Counted from the first letter of the stretch, positions 36,069-51,324 are shown. The stretch: DNA of 64,000 nt from Pristiophorus japonicus (GCF_044704955.1 NC_092007.1:11656001-11720000), one strand, 5' to 3'. Numbers and translations: made by a program. The notes: a model not told the origin generated them from the sequence alone.

Positions 36069-39000
36069 TGTTGTGTATCGGCAAAGCATGCACTCCAATG
36101 TTCTGCCAACAGGGAGCTCATCCCCTGAAGTCCCAAGGGAACCCAGCATCCCTTGGGAGCGCTGTATGTAAGCCGGCCCCTGAGGCCTGTTCCTCAATCT
36201 GGAGTGTCTTATTAAAGAATGAGGTCACTGTTACTTTAACCTCCCTGTGTGTAGCCTCATCTGTGTTCGGAACACAAAAACTGGTGACGAACATACGAAT
36301 CCAACGCAAAGATACAGCAAACTGTGGGCATCCTGGAGAAATTCTCGGAGGGTGAGGACTGAGAAGTCTATGTCGAACCCAAGACCAGTACTTTGTAGCC
36401 AACGTGCTGGATGGCGAAGGGAGCGCTGCAAAAAGGAGAGCGGTCCTCCTCACAGTCTGCGGGGCACCGACCGACAGCCTCATGTTGAATCTTCTGGCTC
36501 CGGCAAAACCCACAGATAAGTCATATGAGGAGCTGTGTACACTGGTTCGTGAGCATCTTAACCCAAGGGAGAGTGTGCTGATGGCGTGGTATCGGTTCGA
36601 CAAGTGCCAGCGATCTGAAAGTCAGGATGTGGCGAGCTACATCTCTGAGGTAAGGCGACTTGCAAGACAATGTGAGTGTCGTGGCTACCTGGAGCAAATG
36701 CTCAGAAACATTTTTGTACTGGGCATTGGCCATGAGACCATCCCACGAAAACTTTTGACTGTAGAGACACCGACCCTAAGTAAGGCCATTGTGATAGCAC
36801 AGGCGCTTATGTCCACCAGTGAAAATACTAAACATATCTCTCAGCACCCAAGTGCTAGCAATGTTCATAAATTAACTGGAATTGTGTTTGCGAGCAGCAA
36901 TCTACAGGACAGAAACTCCGAGTCTGCAGCTGCTAGCAGGCCTCAGGTGACCCAGATGAACTCAGAGTCCCCAAAATAGGATGAATTCAAGGCAATTCAC
37001 ATATTGTTGTCGTTGTGGAGGCTTCCATTCAACCTATTCATGCAGCTTCAAAGGGTATGTTTGAAAGAGCTGTGGAACAATGGGGCACCTCCAACGAGCT
37101 TGCAAACGAGCTGAAAGCTCTGCAAAACCTGCTAGCCACCACGTGGCAGAGGAAGATCTGCCCATTGTGCATCAAAGCAATTTCGAGCCACAGAGAGAGG
37201 AGGCGGATGTTGAAGTACACGGGGTGCACACATTTTCGACGAAATGTCCACCTATAGTGCTAAATGTAAAATTGAATCACTTACCCGTCGCCATGGAACT
37301 GGACACTGGTGCTAGCAAATCCATCATGAGTAAAAAGATGTTTGAGAGACTGTGGTGCAACAAGGCATTCAGACCAGCCCTGAGCCCCATCCACACAAAA
37401 CTGATAACGTATACCAAAGAGCTTATCACTGTGCTGGGCAGCGCCATGGTCAAGGCATGAACTGTCACTCTGGATTGTCCTGTACAATGGCCTCATACTT
37501 CTTGGAAGGAGCTGGCTGGCAAAATCCGCTGGAACTGGGATGACATCCGAGTGCTAGCACATGTCGATGAGGCCTCATTTACCCAGGTTCTGAACAAATT
37601 TCCTTCCCTTTTTGAGCCAGGCATTGGAAACTTTTGCGGGGTGAAGGTGCAGATCCACTTGGTCCCAGAGGCATGACCGATTCACCACAAGGCGCGAGCG
37701 GTATCTCACATGATGAGGGAGACAGTGGAAATCGAGCTGGATAGGCTACAACTGGAGGGCATCATCTCCCCAGTGGAATTCAGTGACTGGGCCAGCCCGA
37801 TTGTTCCAGTGCTCAAAAGTGATGGCATGGTCAGGATTTGCGGCGATTATAAATAACTATTATTAGTTTCTCGCTACAGGACCAATGCCCACTACCTAAG
37901 GCAGACCACCTATTTGCGATGCTGGCAGGAGGCAAGACATCCACCAAGCTCATCCTGATTTCAGCCGACATGACATCGGAGCTGGGGGAGTCTTCGAAGG
38001 GCCTCACCTGCATCAACACGCACAAGGGACTGTTTATCCACAACAGATGCCAGTTTGGAATTCGGTCGGCTGCAGTGGACTGGATCTTCCAGAGAAACAT
38101 GGATAGCCTACTCAAGGCGGTACAACACACGGTGGTTTTTCAGGATGAGATATTGGTCATGGGTCGGGACACTGCCGAGCACCTACAAAACCTGGAGGAG
38201 GTCCTCCAGCGACTTGATCACGTAGGGCTGCGGCTGAAGAGGTTGAAATGCATCTTTATGGCAACAGAAGTGGAATTTTGGGGGAGAAAGTTTACGGTGG
38301 ATGGCATTCGGCCCACAGACGCCAAGACAGAGGCTATCAGGAATGCGCCCAGGCCACAGAACGTCATGGAGCTGCGGTCGTTCCTGGGATTTCTCAACTA
38401 TTTTGGTAACTTCCTACCGGGGTTAAGCACCTTTTTAGAGCCCCAACATATGTTATTGTGCAAGGCTTAGAACTGTCTATGGGAAAAAAAAAATAATTGC
38501 TTTTGAGAAAACCAGAAACATTTTATGCTCAAACATGCTGCTTGTATTGTATAACCCGTGTAAAAGACTTGTACTAGCATGTGACGCATTGTTGTGCGGA
38601 GTCGGGTGTGTATTACAACAAGCTAAAGTTGCGGGGAAGTTGCAACCCGTCGCCTATGCTTCCAGGAGCTTGTCTAAGGCCGAGAGGGCCTACAGCCTGA
38701 TTGAGAAAGAGGCATTAGCATGTGTGTTCGGGGTAAAGAAAATGCGTCAGTACCTGTTTGGCCTCAAATTTGAGCTTGAAACCGATCAAAAACCCCTCAC
38801 ATCCCTGTTCGTCAAAAACAAGGGGATAAATACTGTTGCCACAGCCCGCATACAAAGGAGGGCACTCGCGCTATCAGCATATAACTATGCCATTCTCCAC
38901 AAGACAGGCATCAACAACAGTGCGGATGCTCTCAGTTGGCTACCATTGCCAAGCACAGGAGTCGAAATGGCGCAGCCAGCAAACTTGTTGATGGGCACAG

Positions 39001-40268
39001 CCCGCAGACTTGTTGATGGTCATGGAAGCGTTTGAAAATGATAAATCACCTGTCACGGTCTGCCAGATTAGGACTTGGACCAGCCAAGATCCTCTGCTGT
39101 CCCTAGTAAAAAAAACTGTGCACTACATGGGAGCTGGGCCAGCATCACCGTTGAAATGCAAGAGCCAACCAAGCCGTTCCAGCGGCGAAAGGATGAGCTG
39201 TCCATTCAGGCAGACTGCCTGCTGTGGGCTAGTGCTCCCAAAAAAGGGCAGGAAGACGTTCATCTCGGATCTCCACAGCACACACCCGGGTACAGCAATT
39301 ATGAAAGCGAAAGCCAAATCCCACGTGTGGTGGCCTGGTATCGACTCTGACTTAGAGAGTCCTGTGTACGGCAACGCAGTGTGTGTGCTCAGTTGAGCAA
39401 GGCGCCCAGAGAGGCACCACTAAGTTTGTGGTCCTGGCCCTCCAGACCATGGTCGAGGATCCATGTCAATTATGCGGGCCCATTCCTCGGGAAAATGTTC
39501 CTGGTGGTGGTGGATGCTTTTTCAAAATGGATTGAACGTGAAATAATGTCGGGAAGCACTGCCACCGCCACCATTAAATGCATGAGGGCCATGTTTGCCA
39601 CCCACGGTCTGCCTGACCTACTGGTCAGTGACAACGGGCCATGTTTCACCAGTGCCGAATTTAAAGAATTCCTGACCTGCAATGGGTTTAAACCAGTTTA
39701 AACCAGCCTCCAATGGGCAGACAGAGCAGGCAGTACAAACCATCAAACAGAGCCTTAAACGAGTCACAGTAGGCTCACTCCATGCCCGCCTGTCCCGAGT
39801 ACTGCTCAGCTACCACACAAGACCCCACTCGCTCATAGGCGTGCCCCAGGCTGAGCAACTCATGAAAAGGAGACTTAAAACCTGACTCTCGCTGTCGCTG
39901 CATGCTCAGGTAGAGAGCAGGCGACAGCAACAAATTGTAAAGTATGGCCGCGCCACTGTGTCACGGGAACTTGATCTGAATGACCGTGTGTATGTGCTAA
40001 ACTATGGACATGGTCCCAAGTGGATCGCAGGCATAGTGATAGCCAAAGGAGGGAATAGTGTGTTTTTATTCAAACTGGACAATGGACAAATTTGCAGAAA
40101 GCACCAGGACCAAATGAGGCTGTGGTTCACAGACTGCCCTGAACAACACCACCTTTTTAGCGCCCACAACACACATCAAAAGGATCAACGACAACACGCC
40201 GGGCCAGGAAATTGAACCCATCACGCCCAACAGCCCAGCAAGGCCAGGCTCACCTAGCAGCTCACCTA
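36069..40268 (+). mobile_element. Gypsy LTR retrotransposon, defective (mirror of 19171-23378): 5' LTR 36069-36279, PBS 36282-36290
   Basis: TGTTGTGTAT start; TGGTGACGA PBS; gag 36404-36979, LDTGAS, RT 37919-38470, RNase H 38535-39035, integrase 39381-39885. Confidence 0.93.
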
Positions 40269-40269
40269 A

Positions 40270-42428
40270 ATGGTGGCACAATTGAGGAAGAGTGGAGGAC
40301 TTTTAAGGAGCTCTTTCATAGTGCTCAACAAAAATATAGTCCAATGAAAAAGACGGGCTGTAAGGGAAGTGATAACCAGCCGTGGATAACCAAGGAAATA
40401 AAGGAGAGTATCAAATTAAAAACCAAGGTGGCCAAGGTTAGTGGGAAACTGGAAGATTTGGAAAACTTTAAACAACATCAAAGAATGACTAAGAAAGCGA
40501 TAAAGAATGGAAAGATAGGTTACGAAAGTAAACTTGCGCAAAACATAAAAACGGATAGTAAAAGCTTTTACCGCTATATAAAACGGAAAACAGTGACTAA
40601 AGTAAATGTTGGTCCCTTAGAAGATGAGAAGGGGGATTTAATAATGGGAAATGTGGAAATGGCTGAGACCTTAATCAATTATTTTGCTTCGGTCTTCACA
40701 GTGGAAGACACAAAAACCATGCCAAAAATTGCTGATCACGGGAATGTGGGAAGGGAGGACCTTGAGATAATCACTATCACTGGAGAGGTAGTGTTGGACA
40801 GGCTAATGGGACTCAAGGTAGATAAGTCCCCTGGTCCTGATGAAATGCATCCCAGGGTATTAAAAGAGATGGCGGAAGTTATAGCAGATGCATTCGTTAT
40901 AATATACCAAAATTCTCTGGACTCTGGGGAGGTACCAGCAGATTGGAAAGCAGCTAATGTAACGCCTCTGTTTAAAAAAGGGGGCAGACAAAAGGCAGGT
41001 AACTATAGGCCGGTTAGTTTAACATCTGTAGTGGGGAAAATGCTTGAAGCTATCATTAAGGAAGAAATAGCGAGACATCTAGATAGGAATAGTGCAATCA
41101 AGCAGACGCAACATCGATTCATGAAGGGAAAATCATGTTTAACTAATGTTCTGCAATTCTTTGAGGATATAACGAGCATGGTGGATAGAGGTGTACCGAT
41201 GGATGTGATGTATTTAGATTTCCAAAAGGCATTCGATAAGGTGCCACACAAAAGGGTACTGCAGAAGATAAAGGTACGCGGAGTCAGAGGCAATATATTA
41301 GCATGGATCGAGAATTAGCTGGCTAACAGAAAGCAGAGAGTCGGGATAAATGGGTCCTTTTCGGGTTGGAAATCGGTGGTTAGTGGTGTGCCACAGGTAT
41401 CGGTGCTGGGACCACAACTGTTTACAATATACATAGATGACCTGGAAGAAGGGACAGAGTGTAGTGTAACAATATTTGCAGATGACACAAAGATTAGTGG
41501 GAAAGCTGGTTGTGTAGAGGACACGGAGAGGCTGCAAAGAGATTAAGACAGGTTAAGCGAATGGGCTAAGGTTTGGCAGATGGAATAAAATGGCGAAAAA
41601 TGTGAGGTCATCCACCTTGGAAAAAAGGGAATATTGTTTGAATGGGTTGAAATTACAACATGCTGCGGTGCAGAGGGGCCTGGAGGTCCTTGTGCATGAA
41701 ACTCTTTTAGATCCTTGTGCATGAATCCCAAAAAGTTAGTTTGCAGGTGCAGCAGGTAATCAGAAAGGCGAATGGAATGTTGGCCTTCATTGCGAGAGGG
41801 ATGGAGTACAAAAGCAGGGAGGTCCTGCTGCAACTGCACAGGGTATTGGTGAGGCCGCACCTGGAGTACTGCGTGCTGTTTTGGTCACCTTACTTAAGGA
41901 AGGATATACTAGCTTTGGAGGTGGCACAGAGACGATTCACTAGGCTGACTCCGGAGATGAGGGGGCAACCTTATAATGATGATAGATTGAGTAGACTGGG
42001 TCTTTACTCATTGGAGTTCAGAAGGATGAGGGGTGATCTTTTAGAAACATTTAAAATAATGAAAGGGATAGACAAGATGGAGGCAGGAAGGTTGTTTCCA
42101 CTGGTCGGGGAGACTAGAACTAGGGGGCACAGCCTCAAAATACGGGGCAGCCAATTTAAAACCGAGTTGAGAAGGAATTTCTTCTCCCAGAGGGTTGTGA
42201 ATCTGTGGAATTCTCTGCCCAAGGAAGCAGTTGAGGCTAGCTCATTGAATGTATTCAAATCACAGATAGATAGATTTTTAACCAATAAGGGAATTAAGGG
42301 TTATGGGGAGCGGGCGGGTAAGTGGAGCTGAGTCCACGGCCAGATCAGCCATGATCTTGTTGAATGGCGGAGCAGGCTCGAGGGGCTAGATGACCTAATC
42401 CTGTTCTTAATTCTTATGTTCTTATGTT
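40270..42428 (+). mobile_element. CR1 LINE, 5'-truncated with intact 3' tail
   Basis: ORFs 40212-41318 and 41717-42331; tail ttcttatgttcttatgtt. Confidence 0.93.
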
Positions 42429-42668
42429 TATTCAGGAATTGTGCAAACTTTGCAGCAATAGATTATGCTTACTCAGTGAAACAAGCGTGAAAAACTAAAG
42501 CAATGCATAAATCAAACAAGTGGTACAAAATGGATGAAATGTTCACACAAGGTCAAACCAATTTTTCAAATCTCGAGAAAAAAGATCGTTCTCCGCTGGA
42601 AACGGAAGCGAAATTGAGTTTTAGTGACGAGGAAACTTTCTTTTTAGTTGAATCGTTTGTTGTCTTTT

Positions 42669-44050
42669 TTAAACTAATTTCAGAATGATTGTCCAGGAAG
42701 ATTTCACCGTAGTCTTCAGCTCTTCTCTGAATTTCCTGCATAAATACACGGGTTTTGAAAGCAACTCAAAAATGTTAACGTTGTGCCTGTCTCATTGGCG
42801 ATATATCCACGGTCTGTGTGGTCACCTCGGTAATAATTGATGCTTGCTAGTCTGGTAGTTACGAAACACACGGCATTTGTCAGCCACAAAAATATAAAAC
42901 TGCCTGATATAGCAAAGAGTAAAATTATGGATTTCCTTCGGCTTTCCATCTCTGAATCGCTCTCATTCTCACTCTTGTTGCCTCGGAGTCCTCTGCTCGA
43001 TCTACTGGCGTCTAAAATACGTCTGATTGTCAAATAATTTAACAAGGCAATTAAAGAAAAGGGAAGCCATACGCCCAGGCATTGTGAAACCAGATGAACA
43101 CTAAATCTGCAGGTGATGAAATAAAAGCCATACTTGTCCGGCAGCCCCACTGCACCTCGTTAATTACGTACTGAGGATCAAATGCAAAGAAAACAGGGAT
43201 GTTCTTTAAAAAGATTACAATTGTTAAAGTTGGTACAACCTCGGCCGCATTTCTCTCGGTGCAATACTTTATTTTAAACGTCTGGCAGGAGATAAACACA
43301 AATCGGTCAAATGTGAAGGAGACGGTGAACCAAACAGACAACTCGAGGGTTACAGCAGTCACATATAGAATGAACTTACACGTGGGAGTGTGGGGCAGGA
43401 GGGAAACTGGGAAGCAATAATTGAAATAATCATACACTATTACGACAATGATCATGATCAGTAGATCTGCAGTTGCCATGGTCGCCATGTAGACAGAGAT
43501 ACACTTGGAAAGGCCGCAGTTTCCTCGGGAGGGAATCAGAATTGTCACTAAGTTCGCTGTCAGAAAAAGGGAGCAGGGAAATAATGTTAGGCTGTCTGAT
43601 TGAAATAGAAACACAGTGACCTGTTAAGAACATTTTACTCCAGTCAGGGCGATTATCAACACGGAGCAGTGTGAGAACTGGATTTGGACTGGAGCCATTA
43701 TCTGGGCAAACGACCCACACATTTTAATGAGCTGCTGCAGTGCTCACTCTGCCTGGGGTGGCAAGACGGTCTGGAAATCCTGCTGTTCGAGCTTCAGGGA
43801 ACACAGTCACTGAAATAAAGTTATTGGTTTAAAGGACACGCAGAAAGTGCAGACACACAGTTCTGACATGTTTCCTGTCACTTCCAATAGTGTAAGTCAG
43901 CCAACTAGAAAATTGGTCACATTATCCTGTAGGGTTATGGTTAACAACCGATTAACAACAAACATGTTACAATGACACACCGGGGATATTGACGGCTGCG
44001 AGAATCGGGTAGAAAATATCTTTGATCAGTAGAATTGCTGGTCGCCGCAT
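42669..44050 (-). pseudogene. GPR139-like class A orphan GPCR pseudogene, two exons (44050-43981, 43556-42669), two frameshifts
   Basis: Exon 1 MRRPAILLIKDIFYPILAAVNIP, phase-1 GT-AG intron (43980-43557), exon 2 ANLVTILIPSRGNCGLSKC...MATADL...SVWFTVSFTFDRF...KYCTER; frameshifts near 43075 and 42735; LPFSLIALLNYLTIRRI, RRKSIILLFAISGSF, NPCIY. Confidence 0.88.
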
Positions 44051-44459
44051 CTACTGTGAGAATGGATCGTTTCTTTCGGAGCTGAAAGACACTGACTGAA
44101 GCACGGCTGAGGCAATGGAATAGAACTGATATTTATCCACGCGTCATTACCCACGGAGTAAATTGGATGAAATCGTCATTATCATTAGTGCAGACATTGA
44201 ACAAATAAACTCGATCGGTTGGATTTTTATCTGTTACGTCAGAGTAAGACACAAGAACATTGAATAGTATGATCTGTGTACACGATCAGTTTCTTGGTAA
44301 ATTAAATCTGTTTGATACAAAATAAACTTTTAAAGCATGCCCACTTGCGTTAGTGTGCTGTCAGAAATTATCTCACTTTGAAGAATCTTCACAGACCAGT
44401 GCAAGTGGTGGAATCTTACAATTTCCAACGGACCATGAGCAGTATTGTGTTTGTGTTTC

Positions 44460-47400
44460 CCACATACACTCCCACACACACACACACTCCCTCTCCCAAA
44501 CACACACTCCCCCCCATAAACAAACACACCCCCCCCCACACACACACACTCCCCCCCACACACACACTCCCCCCACACACATACACACTCCCCCCCCACA
44601 CACACGCACTCCCCCCACACACACACACTGCCCCTCCCACACACAGACGCACTCCCCCCCCACACACACACTCCCCCCCACACACACACACACTCCCCCC
44701 CACACACACAGATACACTCCCCCCCACACAGACACACACTCCCCCCCACACACACACACACTCCACCCAAACGCACACTCCCCAACCACACACACACGCA
44801 CCCCCCACACATATCACTCCCCCAACACACACACACTCCCCCCCTACACACATACTCACAGTCCCTCCCACAGACACACACACCCTCACAAACACACAAT
44901 CCCCCCCCACACACTCACACTCCCGCCCACACAAACACACTCACACTACCCCCACACACACATAAAAACTCCCCTCCCCACTCACACACACACTCCCCAC
45001 ACCCCCACACACACACTTCCCCCCCACACACACACACACTCCCCCCCCACACGCACACACACACACCACACACACTCCCCACCCCCCACACACAGACACT
45101 CCACCCCCACACACACACACTCTCCCCACAAACACACACACACACCCCACCACACACAGACACTCACCCCACACACAGACATACAATCCCCCAACACACA
45201 CACACACTCCCCCCCACACATTCACACTCCCCCCCCCACACACACACACACTCTCCCCCCACACACACACACACGCACTTCCCCCCCCACACACACACAC
45301 ACTCCCCCCCACACGCACACACACACACCCGCCACATACACACACTTCTCCCCCCCACACACACACTCCCTCCCACACACACACACACACCCACACAAAC
45401 ACACTCACACTACCCCCACATACACACACAAACTCCCCTCCCCACTCGCACACACACTCCGCACAACCCCACACACACATACTCCCCCCCACACGCACAC
45501 ACACTCCCCCCCACACAAACACACACACACACACCACACTCACACACACTCCCCACCCCCCACACACACACACTCCACCCCCACACACACACACTCTCCC
45601 CACAAACACACACACACTCCCCCACCACACACAGACACTCACCCCACANNNNNNNNNNNNNNNNNNNNNNNNNNNNNNNNNNNNNNNNNNNNNNNNNNNN
45701 NNNNNNNNNNNNNNNNNNNNNNNNNNNNNNNNNNNNNNNNNNNNNNNNNNNNNNNNNNNNNNNNNNNNNNNNNNNNNNNNNNNNNNNNNACACTCCCCCC
45801 CCACACTCACACACTCCCATCCCACNNNNNNNNNNNNNNNNNNNNNNNNNNNNNNNNNNNNNNNNNNNNNNNNNNNNNNNNNNNNNNNNNNNNNNNNNNN
45901 NNNNNNNNNNNNNNNNNNNNNNNNNNNNNNNNNNNNNNNNNNNNNNNNNNNNNNNNNNNNNNNNNNNNNNNNNNNNNNNNNNNNNNNNNNNNNNNNACAA
46001 ACTCCCCCCCCCACACACACTCCCCCCGCACACACACACACACACACACTCCCCCCTACACACACACACACACATTCCCCTCCCCACACACACACACTCC
46101 CCCCACACACACACACTCCCCCCCCACACACACAAACCGCCACCCGACACACACACACTCACCACACACACACTCCCCCCTACACACACGCACCCACACA
46201 CAAACACACACACTCCCCCCCACCACTCACACACACTGCCCCCCACACACACTCACACTCCCCTTCCACACACACACACACACGCACGCCCCCACAAACA
46301 CACACACGCACTCCCACCGCACACACACACTCCCTCTCCCTACACATACCCTCCCCCCCCCACACACTCACACTCCGCCCACACACACACACACCCCCAC
46401 ACTCACACACTCCCCCCACACACACACACACACTACCCCCCCAACACACACACTCCCCCCCACACACGCACACTCCACCCACACAAACACACACACAGAC
46501 TACCCACACATAAACACACACACACACTCCCCCCCACACACACGCACTCCCCCCACACACAAACTGTGCCCTCACACACACACACACACCCACATTCCCC
46601 CCCACACCCACACACACACTCTCCCCACACACACACACACACAGACACACCCACACAGACAAACTCCCCCCACACACACACACTCCCCCCACACACACAC
46701 ACTCCCCCCACACAGGCACACACACACTCTCCCCACACACACAAACACGCACTCCCCCACACACACACTCGCCCCACACACACACACACAAACCCCCCAC
46801 ACACACACTCCCCCACACACAGATACAAGCTCCTCCCCACACACACACACACACACACAAACTCCCCACACACAGACACACTCCCCCCACACACACCCTC
46901 CCCCCACACACACACTCCCCCCCCACACGCACACACACTCCCCCACACACGCACACACTCGCACCCGAACACACACACACTCGCCCCCCACACACACACT
47001 CCCCTCCACACACACAGTCCCCCATCCCCACACACACACTCGCCCCCACACACACACACATCCCCCACACACACACACACCCTCCCCACACACACTCACG
47101 CATTCCCCCCACACACACACAGAAACACTCCCCCCTCACACACACCCCACACACACATACACTCCCCCCCACACACACACACTCCCCCCCACACACACAC
47201 TCACTCCCCCCCACACAAACACACACACTCCCCCGACACACACACACTCCCGCCGTCACACACACACACACACCCCCCACACAAACACACACTCCCCCCA
47301 CACACTCACACTGCCCCCCCCACACACACACACACACTCCCCCCCACACACACATACTCCCCCCCCACACACACACACCTCTCCCTCCCACACACCACAC

Positions 47401-47692
47401 ACACACTTCCCCCACACACTCCCCCCCACATACACACTCCCCCCCCACACACACACATTCTCTCCCACACACACACTCCCCCCCACACACACACACACAC
47501 TCCCTCCCTACACACACACACTCCCCCCACACACACACTCACTCCCCCCCCACACACACCCTCCCCCCCACACACATACTCCCCAACCCCCCCCCCCACA
47601 AAGACACTCTCTCCCCACACACACACACACACACATACACGCACACTCATCGCACCCCCCCACCCAACCACACACTTCACCTGCCACCCCTC
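44460..47692. repeat. CA/C-run satellite (mirror of 12461-17627), two N gaps
   Basis: Direct inspection; same flanks as the left array in reverse complement. Confidence 0.97.
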
Positions 47693-50062
47693 CATTGATG
47701 GTATTGGTAGAGTGAGGGCTTTGTCGGGCCATGAGGTTACAGATTGTGAAGGAATACAATTCTGTTGCTGCTGATGGCCCACAGCGCCTTTTGAGTTGCT
47801 AGATCTGTTCTGAATCTATCCCATTTAGTGCCACACAACACGATGGAGGCTGTCCTCACTGTGAAGATGGGACTTTGTCTCCACAATGACTTTGAGGTGA
47901 TCAGTGCTACCAATCCTGTTATGGGCAGATGCATTGGTGAGGACGACGTAAAGTAGGTTTCTCCCTCGTGTTGGTTCTCTCACCACTTGCTACAGGCCCA
48001 GTTTGACAGCTATGTCCTTCAGGACTCGGCCAGCTCGGTCAGTAGTGATGATACCGAGCCTTTCTTCGTGATGGACATTGAAGTCCCCCACCCAGAGTAC
48101 GTTCTGTGTCCTTGCTACCCTCAGTGCTTCTTCCAAGTGGTGTTCAACATGGAGGAGTACTGATTCATAGAACCATAGAAACATAGAAAATAGGTGCAGG
48201 AGTAAGCCATTCAGTTGATCATTCCCTTAGTACCCCTTTCCTGCTTTCTCTCCAAAGCCCTTGATCCCTTTAGCCATAAGGTTCATATCTAACTCCCTCT
48301 TGAATATATCCAATGAACTGGCATCAACAACTCTCTGCAGCAGGTAATTCCACAGGTTAACAACTCTCTGAGTGAAGAAGTTTCTCCTCATCTCAGTTCT
48401 AAATGGCTTACCCCTTATCCTAAGATTATGTCCCCTGGTTCTGTTCTTCCCAACATCGGGAACATTCTTCCCACATCTAACTTGTCCAGTTCCGTCAGAA
48501 TCTTATATATTTCAATGAGATCCCCTCTCATCCTTCTAAACTCCAATGTATAAAGGCCCAGTTGATCCAATCTCTCCTCATATGTCGGTCCCACCATCCT
48601 GGGACTCAGTCTGGTGAACCTTCGCTGCACTCCCTCAATAGCAAGAATGTCCTTCCTCAGATTAGGAGACCAAAACTAAACACAATATTCCAGATGAGGC
48701 CTCATCAAGTCCCTGTACAATTGCAGTAAGACCTCCCTGCTCCTATATTCAAATCCTCTAGCTATGAAAGCCAACATACCATTTGCCTTCTTCACCGCCT
48801 GCTGTAACTGCATGCCAAATTTCAATGACTGATGAACCATGACACCCAGGTCTCGTTGCACCTCCCCTTTTCATAATCTGCTGCCATTCAGATAATATTT
48901 TGCCTTCGTATTTTTGCCACCAAAGTGGATAACCTCACATGTATCCACATTATACTTCATCTGCCATGCATTTGCCTACGCACCGAACCTGTCCAAGTCA
49001 ACCTGCAGCCGCTTCGCATCCTCCTCACAGCTCACACCGCCACCCAGTTTAGTGTCATCTGCAAACTTGGAGATATTACACTCAATTCCTTCATCTAAAT
49101 CATTGATGTATATTGTAAATAGCTGGGGTCCCAGCACTGAGCCCTGCGGCACTCCACCTGTCACTGCCTGCCAGTCTGAAATGGACCCGTTTATCCCAAC
49201 TCTGTGCTTCCTGTCTGCCAACCTGTCTCTATCCACGTCAGTACATTACCCCTAATACCATGTGCTTTGATTTTGCACACCAATCTCTTGTGTGGGACCT
49301 TGTCAAAAGACTTTTGAAAGTCCAAATACACCACATCCACTGGTTCTCCCTTGTCCACTCTGCTAGTTACTTCCTCAAAAAATTCCAGAAGATTTGTCAA
49401 GCAAGATTTCCCTTTCAAGAGTCCATGCTGACTTGGACCGATCCTGTCACTGCTTTCCAAATGCGCTGCTATTTCATCCTTAATAATTGATTCCAACATT
49501 TTCCCCACTACTGATGTCAGGCTAACCGATCTATAATTACCCGTTTTCTCTCTCCCTCCTTTTTAAAAAGAGATGTTACATTAGCTACCCTCCAGTCCAC
49601 AGGAGCTGATCCAGAATCGATAGACTGTTGGAAAATGATCACCAATGCTTCCACTATTTCTCGGGCCACTTCCGTAAGTACTCTGGGATGCAGACAATCA
49701 GGCCCCGGGGATTTATCGGCCTTCAATCCCATCAATTTCCCAAAGACAATTTCCTGCATAAGAAGGATATCCTTCAGTTCCTCCTTCTCACTGGACCCTC
49801 GGTCCCCTCGTACATTCGCAAAGTTATTTGTGTCTTCCTTCGTGAAGACAGAACCAAAGTATTTGCTGAGGGAGGACAGCCGGTGGTAATCAGCAGGTGG
49901 TTTCCTTGCCCATACTTGACCTGAAGCTATGAGACTTCCTGGGGTCCGGAGTCAATGTTGAGGACTCCCAGGGCCACTCCCTCCCTTCCGACTGTATACC
50001 ACTGTGCTGTCACCCCTATCCTGCCGGTGGGACAGGACATACCCAGGGATGGTGATGAAGGA
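47693..50062 (-). mobile_element. LINE endonuclease fragment with nested CR1 (48166-49862); mirror of 10199-12460
   Basis: ORFs 47990-48184 (GDFNVHH), 48976-49236 ([14 protein letters not shown]), 49191-49508; catagaa tail at 48166-48190. Confidence 0.9.
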
Positions 50063-50130
50063 GAAAACTTACGGGCCCAACTAGCTTTGTATCATCAGGT
50101 CCCCTCATCCAAATCATTGATATAGATTGT

Positions 50131-50553
50131 CCGCATGCCAGACATGAGACTCCCAAAGCAAGCGCTCTACTCGGAGCTCCTTCATGGCAAACGAGCCAAA
50201 GGTGGGCAGAGGAAACATTACAGGGACCACCCTCAATGCCTCCCTGATAAAGTGCAACATCCCCACCGACACCTGGGAGTCCCTGGCCAAAGACCAGTCC
50301 GCAGAAGTGGAGGAAGTGCATCCGGGAGGGCACTGAGCATTTCGAGTCTCGTTGCCGAGAGCGTGCAGAAACCAAGCGCAGGCAGCAGAAGGACTCGTGC
50401 GGCAAGCCAGTCCCACCCTCCCCTTCCCTCAACCAATGTCTGTCCCACCTGTGACAGGGACTGTGGCTCACATATTGGACTGTTCAGCCACTTAAGGACT
50501 CATTTTAAGAGTGGAATCAAGTCTTCCTTGATTCCGAGGGACTGCCTATGATG
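50131..50553 (+). mobile_element. RTE LINE 3' fragment with 9-bp target-site duplication, inserted in a CR1 fragment
   Basis: TSD ATAGATTGT at 50122-50130 and 50554-50562; (ATG)n tail; RLPKQALYSEL and zinc finger CPTCDRDCGSHIGLFSHLRTH. Confidence 0.88.
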
Positions 50554-51324
50554 ATAGATTGTAAATAGCTGGGGCTCTAGCACTGAACCTTGCGATACCC
50601 CACTAGTTACAGTCTTGGAAATATATCGGCCGTTCCTTCATCGTCGCTGGGTCACAATCCTGGAACTCCCTCCCTAACAGCACTGTGGGAGCACCTCCAC
50701 CACACGGACTGCAGCGGTTCAAGAAGGTGGCTCATCGTCACCTTCTCAACGGGTGATTAGGGATGGGCAATAAATGCCGGCCTTGACGTTCACAGCCCAT
50801 AACAAAAGGTCTTTCTGTTCCTGCAATCCCTTTAAAATTGCAGCATTTCGTTTATCTATCTCCTCGTTCTTCCGACCAAAGCCCCTCTCCTCACACTTGC
50901 ACTATTTACGACAATAAGTGTCTCTGAAAATCGTCATCCTCGCCCCATTTCTCCGTCATCCTTAACTTTCCCTTTGCTTCAAATCCGTCGCAATCCAGAA
51001 CAACCAAACACTGGTCCTCGCGATACGGGTGAGGGACACACCATATCCACATATTCTAGCCAGGGGGCCAGGCTCCGGACCCGAGGATGAATCCTGTGCC
51101 TGGTGAGACAACAAACTCGCATGAGGTTAAAAACGGCAGAGGTTGCACAAGACTGGGGCTTGTGTCTCTGCGGGATTACAAGGTTGAGTGGCGATCTGAT
51201 CAAGGTGTTTCAGACAATTGACGATTTTGACAGGGCAGATAGAGAGAGAAACTATTTCGACTGATATGGGGGAGGGAGTCCAGAACAAGGGGGCGTAAAC
51301 TTAAAATTTGAGTTCAGGGGGTCA

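Noticed and set aside
40212-41318. 368-aa ORF crossing the Gypsy-CR1 junction as a chimeric gene
   Set aside because: Only ~19 out-of-frame Gypsy codons with a non-ATG start precede ordinary CR1 ORF2; ends at a premature stop
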